DNA of 64,000 nucleotides from Lama guanicoe. Taxonomy: Eukaryota. Within the stretch, counting starts at the first letter, position 1. The number at the start of each line of letters is the position of its first letter. The stretch lies in the NCBI GenBank assembly GCA_013239625.1, contig MU055574.1, positions 3,538,331 to 3,602,330 of the forward strand, written 5' to 3'. The notes beneath the pieces were generated by a model that saw only the letters and a list, made by a program, of their open reading frames with translations, ran no database searches and was not told the origin of the DNA. This document shows, one piece after another, positions 62,697 to 64,000 of this stretch. A program made the translations under genes and the position numbers.

Positions 62697-62820
62697 GGGG
62701 GGAGGGTATAGCCCAGTGGTAGAATGTGTGCTTAGCATGCATGCGGTCTCAAGTTCAATACCCTGTACCTCCATTAAAAAAATAAATAAATCTAATTACC
62801 TGTCCCCCTCCTCCAAAAAA
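62697..62820 (+). mobile_element. tRNA-derived SINE of the camelid Vic-1 type
   Basis: GGGGAGGGTATAGCCCAGTGGTAGA (A box), gttcaatacc (B box), A-rich tail, TSD aagaatgagctataa/aagaagaagctataa. Confidence 0.85.
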
Positions 62821-63354
62821 GAAGAAGCTATAATTTCTTTTCTGAAGGAACTTATTTTATGAGAGATTATTGTAAATTGAAAATGGCATTCCAGCTTTAT
62901 TTGTTTTGTAATAGAAATTTGTAACAGCTCTCATGAGAACACAGCAGGGAGTGGTTAGTTCTACTCAAAATGGTGAAAAATAATCAGGAAATTTTTTACA
63001 GGGGGAAGGCATCGTTGAACTAAATCTTGAACCCAGTGTTCATTCTCACCTTGATCTCCTAGCAACCACCAAATGGTAGAAAAAATAAAATAGATAATTT
63101 TAACAGTACATATTTTCCTATTGCCTACTAAGAAATGACTCTATCTTGGACAAAAAAAATGCTTACTACCTTAGATTTCAAAGATACAAGTAACAAATCT
63201 GTAAGCACCATCAGTTTACATTTCCTCTGTTCTTGCCCTCTATGACTCCTGCACTTACAGGCTCACAAACTCTGCACCACCACCACACCCCATTCCTTAG
63301 TCATTCCTTAAGAACTTTGGCAGTCTGGTCGAAAGTCATAACAAGAACTTGCTT

Positions 63355-63700
63355 TTTTTTTTTAATTGAGGCATAATTGACATACAACATTTTATTAGTT
63401 TCAGATGTACAACATAATGATTCAATATTTGTTTACATTGTGAAATGATCAGCACAGTAAATCCAGTTAACATCAATCACTATACATAATTACAAAATTT
63501 TTTTTCTTGTGATAAAAACTTTTAAGATCTTAGCAACCTGCAAATATGCAATACAGTATTGCTGACTGGAGTCACTGTGCTGAACATTACATCTTCATGA
63601 CTTACCTCTTTTGTAACTAGAAGTTGGTACCTTTTGACCCGTTTTGCTTACTCCCACTTCCCACCTTTGGCAACTACCAATTGTTTTCTGTTATCTATGA
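63355..63700 (-). mobile_element. L1 3' end
   Basis: Poly-T followed by aattgaggcataattgacatacaacatt. Confidence 0.8.
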
Positions 63701-64000
63701 AGGATCTTGCTTATTAAAATCAAGATATAATGAAATTAACACTATTCCTTAGGCCGCAGGAAGATGGAACGATTAAATCGTGACCTAAGTGAAGATGTTA
63801 GCATCATTTTAAAAATCTGCATCAAAAGAAGAATGGTTACAATGGAAACACAGAAAAAACATGGAGTTCAGGGCGGCAAAACTGTTTAGTGGGCCCCAGC
63901 CAAGTCCCAGAGAGAAAGGATGTCATTTCCTGGTTATACACGTCTCTAGACACTTTGCAAAAGAATACTGCGGTTAATTAAGAGTGTGGTAAACCAGACT

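Noticed and set aside
62697-62772. tRNA gene
   Set aside because: It has A and B boxes, but also a SINE tail, a TSD and degenerate stems; it is a retroposon.

Overview
Mammalian genomic DNA, very likely a camelid (a Vic-1-type tRNA-derived SINE lies at 62697-62820), from a draft assembly with four N gaps. It holds two complete, tandem, minus-strand class II cytokine receptor genes. IFNGR1 has 7 coding exons (55391->36908; 1398 nt CDS, 465 aa, CpG-island promoter, LPKS and YDKPH motifs). IL22RA2/IL-22BP has 5 coding exons (28998->13386; 696 nt CDS, 231 aa). I reconstructed all exons by hand; every intron is GT-AG and the frames are continuous. The rest is intron and intergenic DNA rich in L1, L2, MIR, MaLR/ERV LTRs, an ERVL integrase/dUTPase fossil and DNA-transposon MITEs. 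Most ORF-track ORFs are spurious. I see no convincing undescribed gene system. The best leads are a CpG-rich GC-box minisatellite just upstream of IL22RA2, phase-compatible close spacing that could allow IFNGR1-IL22RA2 read-through chimeras, a Tigger2 MITE beside the weak donor of the IFNGR1 transmembrane exon, candidate intronic enhancers in IL22RA2, and several protein substitutions. Repeat family names and human comparisons come from memory, not database searches, and repeat boundaries are approximate unless TSDs or TIRs are given.
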